Shown in pieces: positions 30,395 through 38,795 of a stretch of DNA of 53,794 nt. Both the position numbers and the translations under genes were made by a program. Position 1 is the first letter of the stretch; the number at the start of each line of letters is the position of its first letter. The DNA is taken from contig JBAMLT010000008.1 in NCBI GenBank assembly GCA_039793425.1, positions 1-53,794 on the forward strand. The letters are read 5' to 3'. Below the pieces are notes generated by a model. The model made no database searches, had not been told where the DNA came from, and worked only from the letters and a program-made list of their open reading frames with translations. The stretch comes from Caldisericota bacterium (GTDB taxonomy: Bacteria; Caldisericota; Caldisericia; B22-G15).

Positions 30395-30406
30395 CTCTAA
30401 CTCCTT

Positions 30407-30886
30407 TCACATTATTAAATGAATAAATAGAGAAAAAACGAAAATTATTAAAATGGTTAATAAATTTCTTATAAGAGTAAACCTCTTTCCAAGAAATTTT
30501 ATTTCAGCAGGTAAGGTGGAAACTCCAATAAGAATTGCAGTTCCTATAAATGCATACAATACAGCATAACTTGCACCTTTATTTAATAAAGTTCCTGAAA
30601 ATGGATAAACAGCAGATGGTTGTATTAATGCAACTGCACCAACTAATTCACCTAATAAAATTCCAACAATTCCTCTTCTCGAGCCAAGTAAATTAGCAAT
30701 TGTCTCTTTTGATACAAAAACTGTAATTAAACCCATCACTACAAAGATAAAAAATATAACAGGTAAAACATTTAAAGAAATTTTTAGAATTGAATTCAAT
30801 GCTTTTAATGTTTTTTTCTTGTCTTTAATATATGATATGAAAAGTAAAATTAATGCAACAATTATATAATAATTTCCTATATCCAT
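30407..30886 (-). CDS. Half-size permease, DUF318-like
   Basis: SKETIANLLG, QPSAVYPF, GASYA, AEIKFLGKRFTLIRN. Confidence 0.75.
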   Translation of the reverse strand: MDIGNYYIIVALILLFISYIKDKKKTLKALNSILKISLNVLPVIFFIFVVMGLITVFVSKETIANLLGSRRGIVGILLGELVGAVALIQPSAVYPFSGTLLNKGASYAVLYAFIGTAILIGVSTLPAEIKFLGKRFTLIRNLLTILIIFVFSLFIHLIM

Positions 30887-30910
30887 TTAAAATCCTCTTT
30901 TCTATATTCT

Positions 30911-31282
30911 CTAATCAAGTAAATCTTCTATATTTGTTAATTTTCCATCTAAAAATAGTTTAATTACTTCATCAACATCTGTTTCATCGGTAACATATAC
31001 ATCAATTCCAGCATTTTTTAAATCTTCATAAAGTCTTCTTCCCATTCCATTTGATATTACAACTTTTATATCTTTTAATGCTTCAATAATTGCTGAATGA
31101 GTATCATATTGGTGATGGATACCTCTTTCATGCATTCCTCTTGCATGACCAGTAAAAGTGTTTGGTAAATATTCTCTACTTTTAATTTCATTCCCCTCAA
31201 CATTAAAAATTACAAAACCTCTTGTTCTACCAAAATGGGAAGAGACAATTTTCCCGTCATCAGATGCTACTGCTATCTTCAT
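30911..31282 (-). CDS. NifB/NifX family (FeMo-co binding fold) protein with His-rich insert
   Basis: MKIAVASDDG...HFGRT, ISNGMG; insert GHARGMHERGIHH. Confidence 0.88.
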   Translation of the reverse strand: MKIAVASDDGKIVSSHFGRTRGFVIFNVEGNEIKSREYLPNTFTGHARGMHERGIHHQYDTHSAIIEALKDIKVVISNGMGRRLYEDLKNAGIDVYVTDETDVDEVIKLFLDGKLTNIEDLLD

Positions 31283-32309
31283 TAATTTCCTCCTTTTTAA
31301 AAATGTTTTTTGATTTAATAATTTTTAATAAATTCAAAATAATTATAAGAACTGGTAATTCAATACTCGGACCTATAACAACAGTTAAAGGAATCAGTGG
31401 GCTTGAAAAAGCAGTTAAAGCAATTGCTAAAGAAGCTTCAGAATTTCTTGCAGTTGTTGTAAAAACAAGAAGTGCATACTCTTGATAGTTTAATCTGAAC
31501 ATTTTTGCAACAATTGTTGAAATTAAAAATATAGAAAAGAAAAATATGATGCCAGGTAAAATCATTTTAATAACTATATATGGATTTTCGAACAAAATTT
31601 TTCCCTGAGACGCAAACATTGAGACAATGACAATCATTAATATAAATGTTTTTAAATAAGAAATCTTAAATTTTTGAGAAAAATCCTCTACACTTTTATT
31701 TGTTTTTATAATAATCCATTTAATTAATCTTGATAATAAAAATGGAAGCAGAAGATAGATTATTACACTATATAAAATATTGTAAATGTTAAAACTAATC
31801 AATTTTCCAGCCAAAACCAACATATAAACTGGCATAAGGGCAATCTGCAAGAAAACATTCCAAGTAAGTAAAGCAATACCCAGATGAACATCACCATCTG
31901 CAAGTTCAGTAAATATTAAATACCATCCAATACATGGAGTAATCAAATATAAAATTAAGCAAACCCATATATCTGGAGAATTTCTTAAAAAAAGATATCC
32001 TAATAAATAAGCAAAAAATGGTGTGAGTAAAAAATTTATAATAATCGCAATTGTAGTTGGCTTTAATTTTTTAAAAGCATTTAAGATTCCACTGGTATCA
32101 ACTCCCAACATTATGAAGAATATTACTAAAAATACACCAACTGAAACCAAAGAAATAAGTTTATTTGAAAAAGAGGGAAAGAATTTGAATATAAGTAAAC
32201 CCAATACAATTGATATTAAAAGAAATATTGGTTGATATTTATCTAAAACTCCTAAACCTTTTTTATTATTCTTTTTATTCACAATTTTCTTTTTTATAGA
32301 AATGTTCAT
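31260..32309 (-). CDS. ACR3/SBF-family transporter (arsenic-resistance-protein-like)
   Basis: INFLLTP, LITPCIGWYLIFT, FASQG, ARNSEASLAIA, IGPSIELPVL; true start probably ~20 codons downstream. Confidence 0.8.
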   Translation of the reverse strand: MNISIKKKIVNKKNNKKGLGVLDKYQPIFLLISIVLGLLIFKFFPSFSNKLISLVSVGVFLVIFFIMLGVDTSGILNAFKKLKPTTIAIIINFLLTPFFAYLLGYLFLRNSPDIWVCLILYLITPCIGWYLIFTELADGDVHLGIALLTWNVFLQIALMPVYMLVLAGKLISFNIYNILYSVIIYLLLPFLLSRLIKWIIIKTNKSVEDFSQKFKISYLKTFILMIVIVSMFASQGKILFENPYIVIKMILPGIIFFFSIFLISTIVAKMFRLNYQEYALLVFTTTARNSEASLAIALTAFSSPLIPLTVVIGPSIELPVLIIILNLLKIIKSKNIFKKEEINEDSSSI

Positions 32310-32503
32310 TTATTCTTCTTTTTTCTTTCTTCAATTAAAGTATGATGGTATGAGCCTTCTCTAACTAAAATTGATCCACAATTTGGACATTTTTCATCTC
32401 TACATGGAATACCTGGTATATGAGGTTTTTTGTAACCACATTTTGGACAAATACAAAAACCTATTGGACCCATTCCATCAAAATTTTTATGTTCTTTTTC
32501 CAT
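32306..32503 (-). CDS. Small Cys-rich zinc-ribbon-like protein
   Basis: GPIGFCICPKCG...PHIPGIPCRDEKCPNCG; AAGGAG SD. Confidence 0.75.
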   Translation of the reverse strand: MEKEHKNFDGMGPIGFCICPKCGYKKPHIPGIPCRDEKCPNCGSILVREGSYHHTLIEERKKKNK

Positions 32504-32524
32504 AAATTCTCCTTTTTAAAAATA

Positions 32525-32728
32525 TTATTTTAACTCTTCTAATCTTTTTTTAATTTCTTCTAACTCTTCTTCAAGTTCTTCTTTTAACTCCTCTAAATAC
32601 TCTTTTTCTTCTTCTCTGCTCATCTTGTACCACCATGGTCCTAAACCCATTCCAAATCTTCCATAAAATCCCCATGGTGGAAAACCATAAAAGTAACAAA
32701 ATCTTCTAAATCTTCTTCTCATTTTCAC
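32525..32728 (-). CDS. DUF5320-like small protein
   Basis: R/G/aromatic-rich N-terminus and acidic coiled coil EEEKEYLEELKEELEEELEEIKKRLEEL; AGGAGG SD. Confidence 0.7.
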   Translation of the reverse strand: MKMRRRFRRFCYFYGFPPWGFYGRFGMGLGPWWYKMSREEEKEYLEELKEELEEELEEIKKRLEELK

Positions 32729-33099
32729 ACCTCCTTATCTTTTGAAAATTCAATGAATTTTTTTAAAAATTCAAAATTATCTTCAAGAGATTTAATTGTT
32801 TGTTCTCTTACCTTTTTTCCTTCTTCTGTTAAACTGTAAATTCTTTTTGCTGGTCCACCTTCAATTACTTCCCATTTAGATTGAATTAATCCTTCCATTT
32901 CAAGCAATCTAAGAAGTTTATATCCTCTACCCATATGAGAGGGATCTTTGTATAAAAAAATATCTGGAAAAATATTTCTAAGTTTATTCATTATTTCATA
33001 TCCATGCAATTCTTCTTTTCCAAGAATTACAAGAATCCATGCTTTTAACCAAAAGCCTGGTGAAAATGGTCCTCCTTTACAACAAAATCCTTTTTTCAT
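32725..33099 (-). CDS. PadR-family transcriptional regulator
   Basis: ILVILGKEELHGYEIM, LEMEGLIQSKW, RIYSLTEEG. Confidence 0.9.
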   Translation of the reverse strand: MKKGFCCKGGPFSPGFWLKAWILVILGKEELHGYEIMNKLRNIFPDIFLYKDPSHMGRGYKLLRLLEMEGLIQSKWEVIEGGPAKRIYSLTEEGKKVREQTIKSLEDNFEFLKKFIEFSKDKEV

Positions 33100-33154
33100 A
33101 TATCATCTCCATATATATAATATTATTATATATATTATTATAATATTTAACATT

Positions 33155-33160
33155 TGTCAA
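33155..33160 (-). promoter_or_regulatory. Candidate -35 (TTGACA) of the PadR operon promoter, followed by a tandem TATAATAATA repeat (33121-33140)
   Basis: Exact TTGACA; the best -10 spacing is non-canonical (14 or 19 nt). Confidence 0.35.
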
Positions 33161-33181
33161 GAGATATAAAAATAATAAAAT

Positions 33182-33799
33182 TTAAAAAGAATTATTTAAA
33201 TTTTTAACCATTTTATAAAAAGAAAATTTTTTATCCTTTATTTTTAAATTTAATTCTTTTTCTTTTCTAAAACCAAGTTTTTCATAAACTATAATTGCAT
33301 TTTCATTCTCTTTTTCAACTTCAAGAACAATTCTATTTTGCTTTTTATTTTTAGCATTTTTTTCACAAAAATTAAGAAGTGCTTTGCCTATACCTAAATT
33401 TCTATATTCCTGATAAACAGCAATATTGCTTATATAATAATCCCCATTTAAAATATTTCCTAAAACAAAAAATGAATTAATTAAATTAGGTAAAATTTTT
33501 AAAAAGGCAAATCTTAATTTTTTAAAAATCAGAATTCCAGTATTAAGTTCAATTTTTTTCTTCTCTTTGAAAGAATAAGACAAAACCATTCCACAAATTT
33601 TATCATTTATAGTAGCAAAATTTACAAATTCATATGAAAATTGATTGTCTTTTTCTTTGTAAAGATATTTTAATAAATCTTCTGTATATTCACTAAAAAT
33701 AGTGGGAATGACTTCTTTTCCTGTCAAAAGAACTAAATTATAAAAATCTTTCTCAAAGTTTTTATTACCTTTTTCAATTTTAAATTTTTGTAAATCCAT
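33182..33799 (-). CDS. GNAT-family acetyltransferase
   Basis: YYISNIAVYQEYRNLGIGKALL, LEVEKENENA...YEKLGF. Confidence 0.9.
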   Translation of the reverse strand: MDLQKFKIEKGNKNFEKDFYNLVLLTGKEVIPTIFSEYTEDLLKYLYKEKDNQFSYEFVNFATINDKICGMVLSYSFKEKKKIELNTGILIFKKLRFAFLKILPNLINSFFVLGNILNGDYYISNIAVYQEYRNLGIGKALLNFCEKNAKNKKQNRIVLEVEKENENAIIVYEKLGFRKEKELNLKIKDKKFSFYKMVKNLNNSF

Positions 33800-33813
33800 A
33801 TAATTATTATAAA

Positions 33814-33822
33814 TGATATAAT
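33814..33822 (+). promoter_or_regulatory. Extended -10 promoter of the SRP RNA gene
   Basis: TGATATAAT ends 7 nt before the predicted RNA 5' end. Confidence 0.65.
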
Positions 33823-33829
33823 AATATTT

Positions 33830-34098
33830 GGGTATGCTAAGTGGGGAGATAGCGGTGCCCTGTAACCCACAACCCGCTTAGTGGGGCTGAATCCCTTCTG
33901 AAGGTATATTCTTTTTCAGAAGATCTTTAGAAAAGAAAGTTGAAGGAAGGAAGCCAGGAAATCTTAAAGTTACAAACCCCGCCAGGTCTGGAAGGAAGCA
34001 ACGGTAAGTAGCTTTTAAGATGTTCCCTGGTGAATCTTTCTGGATTTCTTATTTAAAGAAGACCTGAGGGAGAATATATCGTAAGAAGGTGCATACCC
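33830..34098 (+). ncRNA. ffs: Large (Alu-domain) bacterial SRP RNA
   Basis: Helix 8 GCCAGGTCTGGAAGGAAGCAACGG; Alu-like 5' GGGGAGATAGCGGTGCCCTGTAACC; GGGTATGC pairs with the terminal GCATACCC; 269 nt; GC-rich island. Confidence 0.93.
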
Positions 34099-34099
34099 A

Positions 34100-37000
34100 T
34101 TAATTTAAATAGATTATCGTAATTTTCTTTAAATTACCATCCCACCTCACTTCTGCACCAAAACTTTCAGCAATAAATCTAATTGGAACAAAAGTTCTAC
34201 CATTTGTTATAAGTGGAGGAACATCAAGAATAAGTTTATTATCATTAACATATGCAATCTTGTTATCAATCTGTAGAATTATCTTAATATTCTTAGAATT
34301 CAAATAAATCTTTACTGTTTTAGTTGTTCCATCCCATTGAACTTCAGCACCAAATGCTTCAGCAATAAATCTTATTGGGACAAGAGTTCTTCCATCTTTA
34401 ATAAATGGTGGAGCATCGATCTCTTTTGAAACTCCATTAATTGTAGCAATCTTCTTTCCAACAAATAGTTCAATTATAACTTTTCCGCTTTCTCTTGATA
34501 AAGTAATTTTCTTTTTAACTTCTTTTGTATTTCCAGCATTATCAACTGCTTTTATAGAAATAATATTTTCGCCAGATTTTAGATTTACCACCTTAGCAAA
34601 ATAGCCACTACTCGAAACAAGAACCTCCTCATTATTTATTGTCACTCTTGCATCTTTACTTGTTTTTCCTTTCACAAGTAAGGTGTTTTTATCGGTTACA
34701 AGATTATCTGGTAGATCAACAGTTAAAATTAAAGCATCTTCAATAATTTCTCTTGTTGTATCATATTCCATATAATAATTTGGATCATCATCATTTGGAT
34801 AATAATCAAACTCATTTTCATCAAGCCAAGAACCAACTCCAACCCAGTAGTTAAATTTTTTTGGATTTCCAATTAAGTATAATGGTAGTGTAACTTCAAA
34901 AATATTAGAATTATTTTGAACATTGTATTCAGGAAGATCTTCATAGATATGCCAACCATCCTCTTCCCATACCCATAATTGCGCAACAATTTCATTTTTC
35001 TCTTCTGATGCACCAACATTAACAATAAAATCCTCTCCCATTCCATCAGGAGATGGTTTTCCAGTTAAAGAGTTCTCATCTGAGTCAATATCAATTTGAA
35101 CAAAAACTTTTTCATTAAGTAAATCTTGCCAGCCTCTAAATGTTTCAACTTTAAAATATATATTATTCTCATCATGTTTCATATAGGTTGCTTTTAGGTC
35201 ATATTTATAACCTTCATCCATATCTTCAAATTGTTTTATCCATCCTTTTTTACCAATTAAAGTATATGTAAGAAAATATGTATCATTAGGTGCACTATCA
35301 ACAATTGTTAATCTTACCGTATCATCTGTTGTACCAACCCAGAAATTTATTTCCTTTGGATTACCAATTTTAGATATTGGAATTGTTACAATTGCATAAT
35401 TTGAATTGGATTTTATTACAAAATTTTTGTTTTCTTCAAAAACTTCCCATTTTGATTCTTTCCATTTTAAAATTTGAGAAGTTACTTTTCCCTCAAAACC
35501 ACCAATGTAAATTGAATAATCTTCACCATTTCCTCCATATGGATATTTTGGAACACCTGTATCAGGATTATTATCAACATCAATTCTTACGATAAAACCA
35601 ATTGCTAAAGCATCTAAAAATGAATTATAAGTTTCTAATTTAAAAGAGAGATTAGTTCCATCAAATGAAACATAAATATTTGATAGATCGACCTTTTTCA
35701 ATGAAGATCTTGGGGATGTGTATAATAAAATATAGTTACCTTCATTTGTTTTTTCTGTTTGAAATTCAAAAGTAAAATCTTTACCAAGAGTATTTCCATT
35801 AAGGTCTGTTATATCTTTACTTATAAAAACTTTATAAATTGAACCTTCTTCGTAAAGTGTAGAAGGTATAAATTTTGCTATAAAGGTTTCTTTTTCATAA
35901 ACAATAGTTCCCGAAACAAATCTATCTCCTTTTTTAACATAAAATGTTTGTTGATTAAGCGTTGACTCAAGAATATTATTTGAAAACTTAATATATATTT
36001 CGTTATTTATAGAAATAATTTGACCATTTTTTGGGAAATAATCAACAATTTCAAGTTTTTGAGGTTTACTTGTTAAATCATAATAAACATAATAATTTGG
36101 GTCATCATCATTTGGATAATAATCATATTCTCCAGTCTTTGTATCTTTTATTCCAACCCAAAAACCAAATTTATTTAATGAAAAATACTTTTTTGGAACT
36201 TTAACTTTTGCTTCATTTGAATTTTTAGAAATGGTTGATTCAAGATTTTCTATACTTACCCACTGTTTGTTTGTTCTGTCATATTTATTGATATCTGAAT
36301 AAAATTTTCCCTCATAAGTGCCAAGCCATATCAAATAATCCTCTCCATTACCATCATCTTCTTTTGGTTTACCTGTATTTTGATCATTATCAACTTCAAG
36401 ATAGATAAGTATTCTAAAATCAGTTTCAGGGTTTCCCCAATTTCTATAAGAGTTAATTTTAAAGATAAGATAATCCTTTTCATTTGATATTGAACAACTA
36501 TTGAGGTCTATCTTATATCCTTCGTCTCTATCAAAAAATACATTAACAAAATCTTCGGTTGATGAAATTGTTTTAAAAGAAAATTTATAATCAGAAGAAA
36601 GATTATTACCGTTTATATCTTTTATATCTTTTTTAACTGTTACATTATAAATTGTTCCCTTTTTAAGTAAAATGGTTGGTTTAAAAACAACTGAGAATTC
36701 AGATTCATTATATGAAAGATTTCCTTGAACATTATTTAAACCTTCTTGAACTATAAAATTTTTCGAGTTTATGCTATTTTTATCAATATTTCTATCAAAT
36801 TTTACAACAATTTCTGTATTTATTGGAACATCAAATTGATTATTTAAGGGTTTAGTATTTAAGATTTTTGGATTTTGAACCTTATCTTTAAATGATTCTA
36901 AACTAATAATTGGCTCTCCGTAAAGATTCATACAATAGATATTATGAGCAAGTATATAAATTAAAGGAACACCTTCTTTAGAAAAATTGTTATAATACCA

Positions 37001-38716
37001 TTGTGTTGTTTTATTTATTGCATCCCCAACTTTCTCATTTTTAGATAGATAATTTAAAAACATTGCATTCATTGAATATTCTGATGGATTATTTTCAAAA
37101 CTCTCATATGTCAAGTTTGGAAAGTACCACGAAGATCTTGAAAATCCGATAAAGGCAACTCCATTTCCAAATCTTAATATATCTTTTCCAAGAGATTCTT
37201 TTTCAGGATAAAGATTTAAACAAGAAGAAGAGAAATATATTGATGGATTTTTTGGGTCAATCTTTTGTATGATATCTTTTGAAACAAAATCTTCCCAGTA
37301 AATTTCATCAGAAGTTGGATAACCATTATAATCATAATCAACTGCCCAAACTTTTCTTGCTGTACTATCCCAGTTTCCATGACCTTGCCATGAAATAATC
37401 CCTGGAGCAAATTCATTTACATATTTTATAAAATTGGATGAATTTATTTGAGAATCTGTATTTTGTTTAACAACAGTTGTATATAATCCCTGAAGTTCAT
37501 TTAAACTTTTTTTAATAAATCCATTATTCTTAAGATAAATATTGTAGATTTGTTCATTTAAATAACCACCATCTCCATCTACTTTCCATTTATTATCTTC
37601 ATTTTTAAAATGCCAGAAGGCTCCAAGAAAAAGTATCTTTTTCTTATTCTCTTCATAACTTTTATCCATATAAACTCTTGTTTTTAGTAAAACCATTTTT
37701 ATTTCAAGTTCAGTATCAAAAGGAATTCTTCCAACACTTATTTCAGGATAAAAATCAATTTTATCAACTCCTGGTTCACCATAAAATCCATCTTTATTAG
37801 AATCCCAATCACCAGTTAATTCTGCATAATAAAAATCTGATGGAATAAATTTTGTCTCTGAATCTTCATCTTTTTCTCCTGCATAAAGAACTTTCATTGG
37901 AATTGAATTAGGTGAACCAACAAGAAGAAGATATTTGAATCCATAAGTTTTGTATTCATTTTTAATAAAATCTCTTAATTTTTCTGGAGTTATCTTACCA
38001 GAAGTTATTGATGATAATTTAACAAGTTTTATCTTAAACCCCTTTGATTCAAGATATACTTTATGTTCTTCAAGTAGTTTATAAATAGAATCTATTGTGA
38101 TGATTAAATAATCATAACTTTCATCTGAAATTAAATTTTTATAATATGAGTAAAGTGAATTTAAATTAACAAAATCATTATCCTCTATTTTATAAATTTT
38201 TTCATTCTTTATATCTTGTGTTAAATAAATTTTTACTTTAAAACTTTTTACAAATGTTAGTTCTTTGTTTTCATATAAAAATGGATTCTGAGAAAAAGTT
38301 AAAAATCTTACACCTTTCTCATTATTTTCAGAAACAAAAACAAAAGGTGAGTCAATTTTAAAATCATTTGATTTTATATAAAATTCTTTATTATCACCCA
38401 TTAAATAAGGGATATCACCCTCTTTTAATTTAAATTTTCCTTCAAGTTTTTCTATCTTAAGGTCAAAAATTTCATAAGATAAAAATTTTTTGTCTGGCGG
38501 TATTAAGACTTTGATATTCTTTTTTGGTAAATTCCTGTCAAAAACTGTATCAATATTTAAGAAACCTTCAACCTTAGGTATAACATTTCCATCTTCATCA
38601 AATGTAAGATAATAATGATCATTCGAAAAATTCAGTTCAATTTCATTTTGATAACCAAAAATTTTAACAGGAAAAAATATTACTAATAAGAATATTATAA
38701 ATAATATTTTCTTCAA
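34100..38716 (-). CDS. 1538-aa surface protein: C25 (gingipain-like) peptidase, two Ig-like (Big_5-type) domains, three DOMON-like repeats, copper-amine-oxidase-N anchor
   Basis: YLLLVGSP, SDFYYAEL, ISVGRIP, QGHG and SSSCL catalytic-like motifs, LYGEP; FDRNID/FSNNIL Ig-like; DxDxxxxTG repeats; GRTLVPIRFIAE twice. Confidence 0.85.
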   Translation of the reverse strand: MKKILFIIFLLVIFFPVKIFGYQNEIELNFSNDHYYLTFDEDGNVIPKVEGFLNIDTVFDRNLPKKNIKVLIPPDKKFLSYEIFDLKIEKLEGKFKLKEGDIPYLMGDNKEFYIKSNDFKIDSPFVFVSENNEKGVRFLTFSQNPFLYENKELTFVKSFKVKIYLTQDIKNEKIYKIEDNDFVNLNSLYSYYKNLISDESYDYLIITIDSIYKLLEEHKVYLESKGFKIKLVKLSSITSGKITPEKLRDFIKNEYKTYGFKYLLLVGSPNSIPMKVLYAGEKDEDSETKFIPSDFYYAELTGDWDSNKDGFYGEPGVDKIDFYPEISVGRIPFDTELEIKMVLLKTRVYMDKSYEENKKKILFLGAFWHFKNEDNKWKVDGDGGYLNEQIYNIYLKNNGFIKKSLNELQGLYTTVVKQNTDSQINSSNFIKYVNEFAPGIISWQGHGNWDSTARKVWAVDYDYNGYPTSDEIYWEDFVSKDIIQKIDPKNPSIYFSSSCLNLYPEKESLGKDILRFGNGVAFIGFSRSSWYFPNLTYESFENNPSEYSMNAMFLNYLSKNEKVGDAINKTTQWYYNNFSKEGVPLIYILAHNIYCMNLYGEPIISLESFKDKVQNPKILNTKPLNNQFDVPINTEIVVKFDRNIDKNSINSKNFIVQEGLNNVQGNLSYNESEFSVVFKPTILLKKGTIYNVTVKKDIKDINGNNLSSDYKFSFKTISSTEDFVNVFFDRDEGYKIDLNSCSISNEKDYLIFKINSYRNWGNPETDFRILIYLEVDNDQNTGKPKEDDGNGEDYLIWLGTYEGKFYSDINKYDRTNKQWVSIENLESTISKNSNEAKVKVPKKYFSLNKFGFWVGIKDTKTGEYDYYPNDDDPNYYVYYDLTSKPQKLEIVDYFPKNGQIISINNEIYIKFSNNILESTLNQQTFYVKKGDRFVSGTIVYEKETFIAKFIPSTLYEEGSIYKVFISKDITDLNGNTLGKDFTFEFQTEKTNEGNYILLYTSPRSSLKKVDLSNIYVSFDGTNLSFKLETYNSFLDALAIGFIVRIDVDNNPDTGVPKYPYGGNGEDYSIYIGGFEGKVTSQILKWKESKWEVFEENKNFVIKSNSNYAIVTIPISKIGNPKEINFWVGTTDDTVRLTIVDSAPNDTYFLTYTLIGKKGWIKQFEDMDEGYKYDLKATYMKHDENNIYFKVETFRGWQDLLNEKVFVQIDIDSDENSLTGKPSPDGMGEDFIVNVGASEEKNEIVAQLWVWEEDGWHIYEDLPEYNVQNNSNIFEVTLPLYLIGNPKKFNYWVGVGSWLDENEFDYYPNDDDPNYYMEYDTTREIIEDALILTVDLPDNLVTDKNTLLVKGKTSKDARVTINNEEVLVSSSGYFAKVVNLKSGENIISIKAVDNAGNTKEVKKKITLSRESGKVIIELFVGKKIATINGVSKEIDAPPFIKDGRTLVPIRFIAEAFGAEVQWDGTTKTVKIYLNSKNIKIILQIDNKIAYVNDNKLILDVPPLITNGRTFVPIRFIAESFGAEVRWDGNLKKITIIYLN
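34772..34808. repeat. 37-bp internal repeat, copy 1 (encodes DYYPNDDDPNYY)
   Basis: 36/37 identical to 36089..36125. Confidence 0.9.
36089..36125. repeat. 37-bp internal repeat, copy 2
   Basis: 36/37 identical to 34772..34808. Confidence 0.9.
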
Positions 38717-38761
38717 AAAACACCTCCATAAAAAATTTATTTATATTTAAATATATTATAT

Positions 38762-38795
38762 ATATTATATTTCAATAAATATTATATTTCAATAA
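38762..38795 (-). repeat. Perfect 17-bp tandem duplication (minus strand TTATTGAAATATAATAT x2) forming TTGAAA-N17-TATAAT
   Basis: Units 38762-38778 and 38779-38795 identical; -35 at 38792-38787, -10 at 38769-38764. Confidence 0.85.

Noticed and set aside
30911-31282. Nitrogen fixation inferred from the NifB/NifX domain
   Set aside because: No nifHDK; stand-alone NifX-like proteins are widespread in non-diazotrophic anaerobes.
32530-32612. Purine/pyrimidine-skewed quasi-repeat (TTCTTC/CTC)
   Set aside because: Encodes the Glu/Lys/Leu coiled coil of the DUF5320-like protein.
33111-33150. TATTATTATA tandem repeat as a PadR operator
   Set aside because: Pure A/T low complexity; it does not match the ATGT-N8-ACAT type and cannot be distinguished from background.
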